Source of the DNA: a virus
DNA: 64,000 nucleotides
Reading direction: 5' to 3' (one strand)
Virus record (IMG/VR): IMGVR_UViG_3300032282_004772
Shown: positions 9,655 to 19,030 of the stretch, piece by piece
Position numbering within the stretch: the first letter of the stretch is position 1
How the letters are laid out: each line of letters begins with the position of its first letter
Made by a program: the position numbers and the translations under genes
The notes under the pieces: model-generated
What the model was told of the DNA's origin: nothing
Databases searched by the model: none
Seen by the model: only the letters and a program-made list of their open reading frames with translations

Positions 9655-10158
9655 ATGAAAAATAATCTACCATATTGTAAAACTTCTTTGGCGATTAAAG
9701 GTTATGAAGATTCTTCTATTGCCAAATCAGAAAAAAATGATTGTGTTGTTAGAGCAATTGCATCGTCTTTTGATATTGATTATGATTCGTCTCATTTTTT
9801 TGTAAAAAAAATGTTTTATAGAAAACATAGACAAGGGACTAAAAATTTTGTCTCTAAGATGTATTCTTTAATTGAAAAAGGTATTGATATTGGTGGTAAA
9901 AAATTTGAAGCGGTTGGTAAAATTAAACATGATTTTACAAAAAGACATACATTAAAATACGAAGTTAAGGTTAATGGTTCTGTGGTTGAAAGAAAAATGA
10001 CCGTTGGGACATTCACTAAAAAAAACCCTAAAGGTACTTATTTGGTTGTTGTTAGAGGTCATGCGTTTACCATAAAAAATGGTGTGGTTATTGGAAATAT
10101 AGAAGACTCAGAGAGAAGGAAAAAAATCATTAATTACGCTTGGAAAGTTATCAATTAA
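9655..10158 (+). CDS. Hypothetical phage protein (NDCVVRAIA...GHA motif)
   Basis: 167-aa ORF with its own promoter. Confidence 0.7.
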   Translation: MKNNLPYCKTSLAIKGYEDSSIAKSEKNDCVVRAIASSFDIDYDSSHFFVKKMFYRKHRQGTKNFVSKMYSLIEKGIDIGGKKFEAVGKIKHDFTKRHTLKYEVKVNGSVVERKMTVGTFTKKNPKGTYLVVVRGHAFTIKNGVVIGNIEDSERRKKIINYAWKVIN

Positions 10159-10163
10159 AAAAC

Positions 10164-10619
10164 ATGAAAAGAATATACCTCGATGATGTCAGAACTCCAA
10201 TTGATAAGGATTGGATTGTTGTTAGGTCTTACGATGAATTTGTTTCTAAAATACAAGAAATCGGATTGTCTAAAATTGAAACAATTTCATTAGACCATGA
10301 TTTAGGACGAGAAGCCATGAATGAGTACTTCAACAACGTGTCACCTAATTATACATTGGATTATAATAATTTAAAAGAAGAATTTACAGGATACGATTGT
10401 GCAAAATGGTTAGTTAATCACTATTATGAAAAATATCACAATGACGAAACTTCATCAAAAGACAAAAAATCTTTGGGAATCTCTTTCCCTAAAGTTTATA
10501 CTCATTCCGCCAACCCTATTGGAAGTGCAAATATTATGGGTTACATCAATAATTTCTTAATGAATGAACACCAATCTCAAACTTGTATAAGAGTTCAAAT
10601 CGCACATAATGTTGATTAA
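10164..10619 (+). CDS. Cyclic-phosphate-processing receiver (cREC-like) domain protein
   Basis: IYLDDVRTP, ISLDHDLG, TGYDCAKWL and HSANPIG motifs. Confidence 0.75.
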   Translation: MKRIYLDDVRTPIDKDWIVVRSYDEFVSKIQEIGLSKIETISLDHDLGREAMNEYFNNVSPNYTLDYNNLKEEFTGYDCAKWLVNHYYEKYHNDETSSKDKKSLGISFPKVYTHSANPIGSANIMGYINNFLMNEHQSQTCIRVQIAHNVD

Positions 10620-10620
10620 T

Positions 10621-10857
10621 ATGGAAAATTTAAGAATTAAACTAAATTCTGTTTTAAAGGTAATAATGATGATATTAATTCCTTTGGTAATTGCCGATTC
10701 ATTTTTTTACCTGATAGGTTCGTTTATTGCTCAAGATTGGAATTATGAAAATTGGTGGATGTTTACTTCTACAATTGGAAGAATTTTATTATCTTTGATT
10801 CAAATTATGATATTAGTTAACATACCTAAGTGGTACGAACAATTTAACCAAAAATGA
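10621..10857 (+). CDS. Small membrane protein
   Basis: Two hydrophobic segments. Confidence 0.6.
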   Translation: MENLRIKLNSVLKVIMMILIPLVIADSFFYLIGSFIAQDWNYENWWMFTSTIGRILLSLIQIMILVNIPKWYEQFNQK

Positions 10858-11339
10858 ACATATTCTTTTTAGACAAAGACCCAAGAAAATGTGCTGAATA
10901 TCACTGTGACAAACATGTTGTTAAAATGATATTGGAAACCGCTCAACTTCTTTGTTCTGCACACCACATGACCCCTCAAGTCACCCCTCAAGTCCCATAT
11001 AAACTTTCTCATAAAAATCACCCTTGTTCGATTTGGGTTAGAGAAAGTTTATCAAACTATCTTTATCTATGTGAACTTGGCTTAGAACTTTGTAAAGAAT
11101 ATACATATCGTTACGGTAAAAGACACAAATCACAAGATGTTATTGAGTGGTGTCTTGTAAATAAAGTAAAAATTTGTGATAAGGGATTCACTGAACCGGC
11201 AAAAGCAATGCCTGAATATTTTAAAGTAACAGATGTTGTTGATTCTTATAGGAATTATTATATTGGCGCAAAATCAGGATTTGCACATTGGACTAATAGG
11301 GATGTCCCTTATTGGTTTACTAAATCATCATTAAATTAG
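10854..11339 (+). CDS. Pyrimidine-dimer DNA glycosylase / endonuclease V family protein
   Basis: MNIFFLD..P..CA..HCDKHVVKMILETAQLL...HKNHPCSIW signature. Confidence 0.75.
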   Translation: MNIFFLDKDPRKCAEYHCDKHVVKMILETAQLLCSAHHMTPQVTPQVPYKLSHKNHPCSIWVRESLSNYLYLCELGLELCKEYTYRYGKRHKSQDVIEWCLVNKVKICDKGFTEPAKAMPEYFKVTDVVDSYRNYYIGAKSGFAHWTNRDVPYWFTKSSLN

Positions 11340-11440
11340 ACTATAATTTTGTAGATAAAATAAGACAAATCATAATTTTTATTTTTTTTGATATTTATTA
11401 TTAAAAATAATATAAACTTAAATTAAAATTATCGATTTAT

Positions 11441-12046
11441 ATGTCCAAAGAGGTTATTGTGGCATTTATTACTGGTGTTTTCGGACCGGTGCTTTTACTT
11501 TTCTTAAAATACAAATTCTCTAAATTAAAAAAGACTGATATGGTCATTGACACTTTAAAAGTTAGTGAAACAGTAATGACAAAACTTGAACAGGTAAAAG
11601 ATGAGTTTGAGTCGGATAGGGTTTGGATTTCACAATTTCATAATGGTGGCAATTTTTATCCTACAGGTAAATCTATGGCTAAGTTTAGTATACTATATGA
11701 AGTTGTTAATCCTGGAATACTATCAATACAAACAAATTTTCAAAATATTCCTGTAAATTTATTTAGCAGGCCAATAAACAAATTATATGAATCTGATTTA
11801 ATTGAAATTCCTGACTTTAAAGATGTCACAATTGCAACATATGGTTTAAAATATGTTGCGGAAGACAGTGGATGTAAATCAGGATATCTTTTTGCAATAA
11901 AAACTATTGATAACAAATTTATTGGTATTTTAGGGATAGATTTTGTTAAAAAGAAAGTTAAACTTAATCAAGAACAAATTACTCATTTACAAGTCCATTC
12001 GGCCACATTAGGTGGAGTAATGATGGATGGTTTAAAAAAGAGTTAA
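11441..12046 (+). CDS. N-terminal TM helix plus GAF-like domain protein (candidate holin)
   Basis: Hydrophobic N-terminus, then DRVWISQFHNGG...FIGILGIDF GAF-like pattern. Confidence 0.55.
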   Translation: MSKEVIVAFITGVFGPVLLLFLKYKFSKLKKTDMVIDTLKVSETVMTKLEQVKDEFESDRVWISQFHNGGNFYPTGKSMAKFSILYEVVNPGILSIQTNFQNIPVNLFSRPINKLYESDLIEIPDFKDVTIATYGLKYVAEDSGCKSGYLFAIKTIDNKFIGILGIDFVKKKVKLNQEQITHLQVHSATLGGVMMDGLKKS

Positions 12047-12948
12047 GCGTAAAAATCTTGGATTTCCGCAGGAGTATCTTGAGTTATATTTTTATTTTTA
12101 TATAATACTTCATCTATATCACCAGTAACTACATTAAGTAAAAAAACTCCATCTTCATGGGTTTGGTCAATTTCATCAGTATCCTCATCTCCAGCATTAA
12201 CAGTAATAGTATTTAATAAAAATGTTTTTTTTGTTTTATTAAGTTCAAAATCTTTTCTTTCGACTGTATTAATAGTTGATAATACATTTTGGTCATATGA
12301 TGCGTACTCATATACATCATAAGGAAGAAATTCGTTTGTATAAGTTACACCGTCCCCATTACAGTAATAACATTGTACGTTTCCGGTGCCGTCACAATTT
12401 TGACAAGTAACATCTTTTTCTCCCTTACAATCATCACAAGTAATTTCTTTGTTTCCTTCACAATAATCACAAGTAATTTTACCTCTTCCATCACAATTAC
12501 CACATTCATCCCCTTCCTCATCCACACCGTCTCCATTACAATCAGGACAATCGACAGTACCGTCTCCATCACATTCAGAACAATTGACAGTACCTTCTCC
12601 ACCACAGTTATCACAACTTACCAAGCCTCCACCATAACAATCCTCACACACCTCATTTCCACTTTCGTTACAAGAATTACACTCAATTGAATTATTAATT
12701 TCTCCAAATTCAACTACTGAAAAAATAAAAAGATTACTATTTAATTCATTAATTAAAGACTCGACATCTTTTTCTTGGTAAACCGCATCAGCAATAAAAA
12801 CTAATTTTATTATTTGGGATGGTTTCATCAGTTCTCTTATATCTTTAATATATGAATTAGACATAATTACACGATAAATTGATTCTAAACTCAAATTAGT
12901 GTCATCCATAAATGGTCTAATTGCTCTTGAAATGGAAATTAAATTCAT
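12043..12948 (-). CDS. DnaJ-type zinc-finger repeat protein (10 CxxC repeats, no J domain)
   Basis: Ten CxxC repeats counted in the translation, most of the CxxCxGxG form. Confidence 0.8.
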   Translation of the reverse strand: MNLISISRAIRPFMDDTNLSLESIYRVIMSNSYIKDIRELMKPSQIIKLVFIADAVYQEKDVESLINELNSNLFIFSVVEFGEINNSIECNSCNESGNEVCEDCYGGGLVSCDNCGGEGTVNCSECDGDGTVDCPDCNGDGVDEEGDECGNCDGRGKITCDYCEGNKEITCDDCKGEKDVTCQNCDGTGNVQCYYCNGDGVTYTNEFLPYDVYEYASYDQNVLSTINTVERKDFELNKTKKTFLLNTITVNAGDEDTDEIDQTHEDGVFLLNVVTGDIDEVLYKNKNITQDTPAEIQDFYA

Positions 12949-13037
12949 AATAAATTTTATTTATAAATATCTTGAGTTTATTTAATAAAAAACCCCCTAT
13001 AAAAATATAGGGGGTCTTAACGACTACGTAGTATAAA

Positions 13038-13217
13038 TTACTTAACCACTACAGTTGTATCAACAACAGTTGTGTCCGCGGCAGTTGTGTCAACAGATAA
13101 AGAAACGGTATCAATTGAAACTGCAGTTGTATCTGTAGTTGATTCAGTTGAAGTTGTTTCAGTTCCGCAAGAAGATAACATTGTTACTACACCGAGTGCT
13201 AAAATTACTTTTTTCAT
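13038..13217 (-). CDS. Small Thr-rich lipoprotein (59 aa)
   Basis: Not in the ORF track: MKKVILALGVVTMLSSCGTETTSTESTTDTTAVSIDTVSLSVDTTAADTTVVDTTVVVK, with an LSSC lipobox and an upstream TATTTATA. Confidence 0.8.
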   Translation of the reverse strand: MKKVILALGVVTMLSSCGTETTSTESTTDTTAVSIDTVSLSVDTTAADTTVVDTTVVVK

Positions 13218-13331
13218 TTTTCTTTTTTTTGTTATTTAATTTTTTATTTTCACTTATAAATATACTACATTAACCAAAAATAGTCAAATACTATTAATAA
13301 AAAAAGGGGATATTAAATATCCCCTTTTTGT

Positions 13332-13720
13332 TGGTGGAGGTAGAGGTATCGAAACCTCGTCTTGTTTATTTTGAATAACTATGACTACATGTTTAGGATA
13401 ATATTCATTCTAAATATTCCAAAATATGAAGTTCAAATTTTGCCATCTGAGCTTCCAACGGTGGAAGGTTCACTTATACTGTGGTAGAACCTCTAACGAG
13501 ACCAACAATCCACGGCTTCTGTTCCTGGGTTATACGCCTGCCGACCCGGACGAGGAAGTGCTTACGCTACTTCAACGAGCTCGTCTTGTTTAACAAGACC
13601 TAATAGAGCCATTTTGTTCAATACGTTGCCGATTGAGTTTTGAATCAGTTTTAACGAAGTTAATTCAGCTTCGACATGCCATTGATATACAATAATACCA
13701 ATCAATTCCAACTTACCCCC
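13332..13720 (-). ncRNA. ssrA: tmRNA
   Basis: 5' GGGGGTA pairs with 3' TACCTCC-ACCA including the G3:U alanine identity pair; T-arm GAGG-TTTCGATA-CCTC; internal tag ORF at 13630-13562; TAnnTTTG promoter at 13747-13740. Confidence 0.9.
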
Positions 13721-13791
13721 ATATTTTCAAAGAACACTACAAAGATATAAATATATCTTCAAATAATCAAATTATTTGAATATTTATTGGT

Positions 13792-14847
13792 ATGAGATTA
13801 AAACTTTTTGAAGAAGTTAATGAAGATTGGCTCTATATGCAATTGCATATGTTTAAAAGAGGTATTGTTTCTGAAACACAAATTAAACGTGCGGATGATT
13901 TGATTTATGATATTAAAAAAAATGGAATCATAACTTTAAAATTTGATAATAATAATGACTATTTTAAATTATTTAAAAATAAACTTAGTAATGATGACAT
14001 TTTTATTATGGACCAAATTTTTAATTCATACTATGGAAGTATGGAATTTTTTGATAGTTATAGAGCAAATGAAGATTGGGAGTGTGGGTACATTGTAAGT
14101 ACATTTAATGAATCTAACATGGATAAAGTAAAAGAAATTTCCATGATAATATCACCTGGAATAGATTTTGAAGATTACGCATCCACTCCAAGGGAAGATT
14201 TTTCTCAAAAATTAAATAATTTTTTTCCAAGAATTGTAGAAGATATAATTAATGAATATTCTTCATCCATAGATACCGCAATAAAAGACTATATTTCAAA
14301 TTACATAGAAAAAGATATTTGTGACGCTTTTTATAATTATGGAATTTATAATTCAAATTATTGTTTTTACAAATATCACACAACAGTTGATAATCTTATA
14401 AAATTGTATGATACTTTTGGTGAAAAAAGTAAGCCTTTGGTGAACTTATTAAAAAAAATTGCCGATTTAACCGATATTGAAGGTAATTATTGGGAAGAAT
14501 ATATTGATGCAACAAGTAGCGTAAATTTTGATAGTGACTCTTTTAATAACTATGTTGGAAGAAAGTTAGATGATATTATAGAGCGATTAGAAGAGGATTC
14601 TGAAATGTTTTTATCTATTAATGAATACAAAAACATAGTAAAAAAATTATCAAAAAAATATAATTTTAATAGATGGTATGATTTACCAAAGGATAAAAAA
14701 ATAATGTTTAAGATTACTCATATTGACCCCGGAACAAACAAGATTAATTTTGAAGTTAAAAACCAAAATGGTTTTTATCGTAACTCATTAAACTTGGAAA
14801 ATTTTAATTTATTTTTACATCATCCTGAAATAAAATTTGAGGATTAA
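13792..14847 (+). CDS. Hypothetical protein
   Basis: 351-aa ORF starting MRLKLFEEVNE, with TATTTAT upstream. Confidence 0.7.
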   Translation: MRLKLFEEVNEDWLYMQLHMFKRGIVSETQIKRADDLIYDIKKNGIITLKFDNNNDYFKLFKNKLSNDDIFIMDQIFNSYYGSMEFFDSYRANEDWECGYIVSTFNESNMDKVKEISMIISPGIDFEDYASTPREDFSQKLNNFFPRIVEDIINEYSSSIDTAIKDYISNYIEKDICDAFYNYGIYNSNYCFYKYHTTVDNLIKLYDTFGEKSKPLVNLLKKIADLTDIEGNYWEEYIDATSSVNFDSDSFNNYVGRKLDDIIERLEEDSEMFLSINEYKNIVKKLSKKYNFNRWYDLPKDKKIMFKITHIDPGTNKINFEVKNQNGFYRNSLNLENFNLFLHHPEIKFED

Positions 14848-14883
14848 AAAATTATTTATTATCTTTGTGTAAAAGATATAAAA

Positions 14884-15708
14884 ATGTCAAGAGACCTTAA
14901 TTTATTAAAAGAAGTTCTTTCAGTTCCAACTCACACATATGAAGAGGATTTGATGGTTCAATTCATTTCTGATTGGTTGAGAAAAAATAATATAGACCAT
15001 TACGTAGATGAACACTTAAATGTTTATGCGACCAAACAAACTGGTGTGTTATCAGACGATTTTATGTTTCCTTGTGTTGTATCTCATACCGATACTGTAC
15101 ACAGACTTGACACTATCAATGTTGTAGAAGAAATGTTACCTAATTCACACGGTGAATTAAAATTATCACTTAAGGCGTATAATAATGATGGAGAACCGAC
15201 AGGAATTGGTGGTGATGATAAATGCGGTGTATTTGCATGTTTAGAACTTTTAAAAGAATTACCTAATTTAAAAGCGGCATTTTTTGTTTCAGAAGAAACG
15301 GGGTGTCACGGCTCAAAAAAAGCAAACGAATCATTTTTTTCAAACGTAGGTTATGCAATTCAATTTGATGCACCAGAAAATTGGATGGTGACTGAAACTT
15401 GTTTTGGAACAAGGTTGTTTGATAGAAAAAGTGAGTTTTTTGAGAAGTGTGATATCATTTTAAATGAAAACATGAATGATAAACTCAAGTATATGACACA
15501 TCCTTATACCGATGTTTATGCGCTTAAAAACAAATTTAATTTTTCATGTATTAACTTCTCAATCGGATATTATCGATATCATACAAGAAATGAATATGTT
15601 GTTGTGGAAGATACATTTAATGGAATTGAGATGGGTAAAAAAATGATTGAGTCCTTGGGATATCAAAAATACGAGTACAAACAAACTAAGAAAGAATACT
15701 TTTTTTAA
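14884..15708 (+). CDS. M20/M28-family zinc peptidase-like protein
   Basis: SHTDTVH, GGDDKCG, SEETGC and C-terminal YHT.NE metal-binding motifs. Confidence 0.75.
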   Translation: MSRDLNLLKEVLSVPTHTYEEDLMVQFISDWLRKNNIDHYVDEHLNVYATKQTGVLSDDFMFPCVVSHTDTVHRLDTINVVEEMLPNSHGELKLSLKAYNNDGEPTGIGGDDKCGVFACLELLKELPNLKAAFFVSEETGCHGSKKANESFFSNVGYAIQFDAPENWMVTETCFGTRLFDRKSEFFEKCDIILNENMNDKLKYMTHPYTDVYALKNKFNFSCINFSIGYYRYHTRNEYVVVEDTFNGIEMGKKMIESLGYQKYEYKQTKKEYFF

Positions 15709-15713
15709 CTCAA

Positions 15714-16694
15714 TTATTGTGGAGGTATTGCGTAATAACAATATCTTTTGGTGAACCATACAAATCCTTTAAGATTAATCCATTGTTTTTGGAATGTAGT
15801 CATTCCTCCATATATGTTGTTATACGCTTGTTGTTCAATATAAAAATATGGGTTGGGGTAGTTTATAGCTGACGCTAAAGCAGGACCTGTAAAAGTATTA
15901 TTAGCTCCCCAGGCTGTATTCTCAACAGATATAATAATGTATAAATCAATTCTTCTATTATTTTGTCTCGCACCTTTTGCGATAATATCCAATCTGCCAC
16001 CGGTGGCACCAGCACTTTGAGCATTAGCATAACTATAAGTAGGAATCCCATTTTGATAACAATGTAATAATATTCTGTCAGAATATCGAACTTGGTCTTT
16101 TGCTGCAATAGTATCTATTGTTGGAGACATGTTTTTATACCACCCTTCATAAAAATCATTGTCTTGTATTGATTCTCTTGATATTTGGGAATTTATAGTA
16201 TCCCAAGTAGTCCAAGAACAAGCATTATTCCACCATTCTAATTCTAAATTAGCTCTGTTTATTTTTTTTAAATTATCTGTTTGGGAATTATTATACCTTG
16301 TAATATTACCTGTAGACTTAAATGTTGTTGCACTTCCTGATACAACGCCCTTATATATTACTCCACTATCATTTAACTGTTTTAAAAATATTGAAAAATT
16401 AGTATAGTTACTTGTTGATGAAACTATACTTGAGGTACTATATAGGTACACGCCATTAAATCCGTACTTTTTTAAGTATTTTGATAATGTCGAACGACCA
16501 TTTAAATTATTGTATATCGTATCTGTCTTATCGATATACATATATCTTTCCCAACTATATTCATAAGGTATTAATGGTCTTGATTTTTCGGTTTTTGAGT
16601 TTAAATCAAACTCAGTTACTTCCTCTTTTTTACAGTTAGTAATTAACAAGATTAACAAAAATAAAAAACCACTTAAGATAGATTTTATTTTCAT
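15714..16694 (-). CDS. Putative lipoprotein, possibly with a glycoside hydrolase-like fold
   Basis: Signal peptide ending ITNC followed by KKEE; aromatic-rich body with NLELEWW. The fold is a guess. Confidence 0.5.
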   Translation of the reverse strand: MKIKSILSGFLFLLILLITNCKKEEVTEFDLNSKTEKSRPLIPYEYSWERYMYIDKTDTIYNNLNGRSTLSKYLKKYGFNGVYLYSTSSIVSSTSNYTNFSIFLKQLNDSGVIYKGVVSGSATTFKSTGNITRYNNSQTDNLKKINRANLELEWWNNACSWTTWDTINSQISRESIQDNDFYEGWYKNMSPTIDTIAAKDQVRYSDRILLHCYQNGIPTYSYANAQSAGATGGRLDIIAKGARQNNRRIDLYIIISVENTAWGANNTFTGPALASAINYPNPYFYIEQQAYNNIYGGMTTFQKQWINLKGFVWFTKRYCYYAIPPQ

Positions 16695-16773
16695 ATTATA
16701 TCTTTTTATATAAATATAAAAATAGATTACCTAAAGTGGCTAGTTAAAACCTAATTTCATTTTGTATCCAAAA

Positions 16774-17349
16774 TTAAGTTAAAAAAGAGATGATTTTTTC
16801 TTTAATCCCTAATTGTTTAATCCCTTCATTTTCTTTAATAGTATGGACAAAATTATTTAAACCAAAACTTTCAAATCCTCTTTTATTAAAAAATTCCTCA
16901 GACATATTTAAATCATCAATTGCGACCCAATTAGTTACACTTTTATGTTCAGATAACCAATGAGATATCTCTTTCGCTCTTTCAAATTCTAATTCGGCTC
17001 TAAACCTTAGAGATGACCATTCTTTAGGAAAAATATCCTTAAACATCTCTGTTGTTGCAATTGGTTTTTTGATTATACCTTGATTGGTGTAATATTCCCT
17101 TAATTCTTCAAGAGTAGCGTGGTATCTCCAATCAGATGTGATTACAATTTCCGCATCAGTTTCAGAAATAATTTCGTTTAAAAGTTTAATCGCCTTTTTG
17201 TCAAAATCATCAAATCTAACATCAACAGGTACTTGTTCAATATCGGAAGAAGGATTTTTCTTTAAATATTTTTGGCGTTTTTTAGTTCTGTTTCCCCAAT
17301 TATTGGACAAACAAATTACTCCATCATGGTCTAAAAAAATAATTTTCAT
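16774..17349 (-). CDS. HAD-family phosphatase (Swiss-army-knife RNA-repair HAD type)
   Basis: KIIFLDHDGVI, IVITSDWR and WVAIDD motifs; the start was moved to 17349 because the longer ORF runs into tRNA-Cys. Confidence 0.75.
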   Translation of the reverse strand: MKIIFLDHDGVICLSNNWGNRTKKRQKYLKKNPSSDIEQVPVDVRFDDFDKKAIKLLNEIISETDAEIVITSDWRYHATLEELREYYTNQGIIKKPIATTEMFKDIFPKEWSSLRFRAELEFERAKEISHWLSEHKSVTNWVAIDDLNMSEEFFNKRGFESFGLNNFVHTIKENEGIKQLGIKEKIISFLT

Positions 17350-17365
17350 TTTAGTTTTTTTTTTG

Positions 17366-17436
17366 AGGTCAGAGGTGGATTCGAACCACCGTATATGGTT
17401 TTGCAGACCACCGCCTAACCACTCGGACATCTGACC
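17366..17436 (-). tRNA. tRNA-Cys(GCA)
   Basis: GGTCAGA/TCTGACC acceptor stem, CTGCAAA loop, GGTTCGAATCC T-arm. Confidence 0.9.
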
Positions 17437-17453
17437 AATAATTATAAAAAATG

Positions 17454-17527
17454 TACTACCACCAGGACTCGAACCTGGAACCTTGACGATATAAGCGTCC
17501 TGCTCTCACCTATTGAGCTATGGTAGC
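17454..17527 (-). tRNA. tRNA-Ile(TAT)
   Basis: GCTACCA/TGGTAGT acceptor, GACG-CTTATAT-CGTC anticodon arm, CCAGGTTCGAGTCCTGG T-arm. Confidence 0.85.
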
Positions 17528-17533
17528 GTGTCG

Positions 17534-17755
17534 TTACCAATGTACTATATCTCCTTGGTGATTATCCCACTCATCATCATTTTTAATCGAGTCTATAAAC
17601 TCTTTAGAATTTTCCACATTCGCAGGATATACCTCACGTATAGTTTCAACATTATTTAGATTGTTTAGACCTAATTTAATGTTATCTGAAGCAGGTGCAG
17701 ATGGAGACTCATCCATTAATGTAAATTTCTTGAAGTCATCAAATTGTTTGCTCAT
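17534..17755 (-). CDS. Hypothetical protein
   Basis: 73-aa ORF coupled to the upstream gene. Confidence 0.55.
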   Translation of the reverse strand: MSKQFDDFKKFTLMDESPSAPASDNIKLGLNNLNNVETIREVYPANVENSKEFIDSIKNDDEWDNHQGDIVHW

Positions 17756-18042
17756 TTTTTTTGTTTTTTATATACGTAAGTTATAGTATCTCCTATTTTG
17801 TAAACATCATTCCTATTTGTTGTTATTCTATTTCCACAATCAGTTATATAAACATATGTTGGGTCTATTTGCAATGTAGACTCAGGTTGTTTTGAATATT
17901 GGCTATCAATCACACATTTTACAATCTTATCACCGTCTTCAATTGTGTGATTTTTACCATTACAACTTGTAATGAAAACCGAGAACAAAGTTATAAAAAT
18001 AAACCATAAGACAATACCAATAATTGTAGAATTTTTTTTCAT
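17752..18042 (-). CDS. Putative lipoprotein
   Basis: MKKNSTIIGIVLWFIFITLFSVFITSC lipobox; start adjusted. Confidence 0.65.
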   Translation of the reverse strand: MKKNSTIIGIVLWFIFITLFSVFITSCNGKNHTIEDGDKIVKCVIDSQYSKQPESTLQIDPTYVYITDCGNRITTNRNDVYKIGDTITYVYKKQKK

Positions 18043-18043
18043 A

Positions 18044-18301
18044 TTAATAATTATTTTTTTTACAGTATGTTTTTGATTGCGATTCAATCCAATTTTCATC
18101 ATTTTTAAATTCCTTCCAAGTATCAAAATCTTTCAATGATTCCAAAACTTCTGTTGGAATTAAAATAAATCCATCAGGCGCAATTCCCGAATATTTGTAA
18201 TAGTGGGAATTTTCCAATTTTTCTTTCATCATTTGACAAAATAACTCGTCTTTGATGAATTCATTATGTTCATCTTCTAAATAATTGTCTTGACTTCCCA
18301 T
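18044..18301 (-). CDS. Hypothetical protein
   Basis: 85-aa ORF with a TAnnTTTG promoter upstream. Confidence 0.6.
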   Translation of the reverse strand: MGSQDNYLEDEHNEFIKDELFCQMMKEKLENSHYYKYSGIAPDGFILIPTEVLESLKDFDTWKEFKNDENWIESQSKTYCKKNNY

Positions 18302-18357
18302 ATTGATAATCTTTTTACAAATATAGAATATTTTTTTATTAATAAAAAGTAAAAAAA

Positions 18358-18948
18358 TTAATTTTTTTGTTTTAAATATCTATTTTTTCTTGCGGAATTT
18401 TTATTACGAGATTTGAAAGTACTTAATTGAGAATCACAATTAGGACAAACCAATCTTAAATTATTTCTATTGTTATTGGACGCATCTCCATCTATATGGT
18501 CTAGAACAAATACTAGAATTTTTCCCATCCATTCATCATCCATATTACAAATAGCACATTTATGATTTTGTTCTTCTAAAAATTTTTTTTTAAAACTTCT
18601 TGGATTAAAATTTTCTCTACAATATTCTTGATTATTGTTGAGGAAATGTTCATATTTTTTTTTACTTAAATCTTTATGTTGACAATCTAAAGAACAATAT
18701 TTTTTAGAAAAAAGATTACATTCTTTTTCACAATACACACATTTAATTATTTCGTATTTTTTACATTTACCATAATTGTGAGGCTTATATCCTTCAGGTA
18801 TTTTTTTTCTGATTTTTAATTCAATTCCTAATTTTTTTGCAATTTTTTTTATGTAAGTATCAGAAACATTATATTTTTTTGCAATTTCAGTATAAGGTAA
18901 ATTTTTATTAAAGATTAAATCTTCTAAATCTTCTTTTATATATTTCAT
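18358..18948 (-). CDS. Free-standing HNH homing endonuclease
   Basis: HTH-like N-terminus, CAIC, and LDHIDGDASNNNRNNLRLVCPNCDS. Confidence 0.85.
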   Translation of the reverse strand: MKYIKEDLEDLIFNKNLPYTEIAKKYNVSDTYIKKIAKKLGIELKIRKKIPEGYKPHNYGKCKKYEIIKCVYCEKECNLFSKKYCSLDCQHKDLSKKKYEHFLNNNQEYCRENFNPRSFKKKFLEEQNHKCAICNMDDEWMGKILVFVLDHIDGDASNNNRNNLRLVCPNCDSQLSTFKSRNKNSARKNRYLKQKN

Positions 18949-18984
18949 ATCTATATTTTACTATAAATATTACTATCGAACTGA

Positions 18985-19030
18985 AAATCAAAACGAACTA
19001 CAATTTTTATTTTATAGTTCGTTTTGATTT
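18985..19030. repeat. 16-bp perfect inverted repeat directly 3' of tRNA-Arg
   Basis: AAATCAAAACGAACTA (18985-19000) and TAGTTCGTTTTGATTT (19015-19030). Confidence 0.8.

Noticed and set aside
17350-17430. N-terminal extension of ORF 16774-17430
   Set aside because: It is the tRNA-Cys sequence read as codons; the HAD motif starts at 17349.
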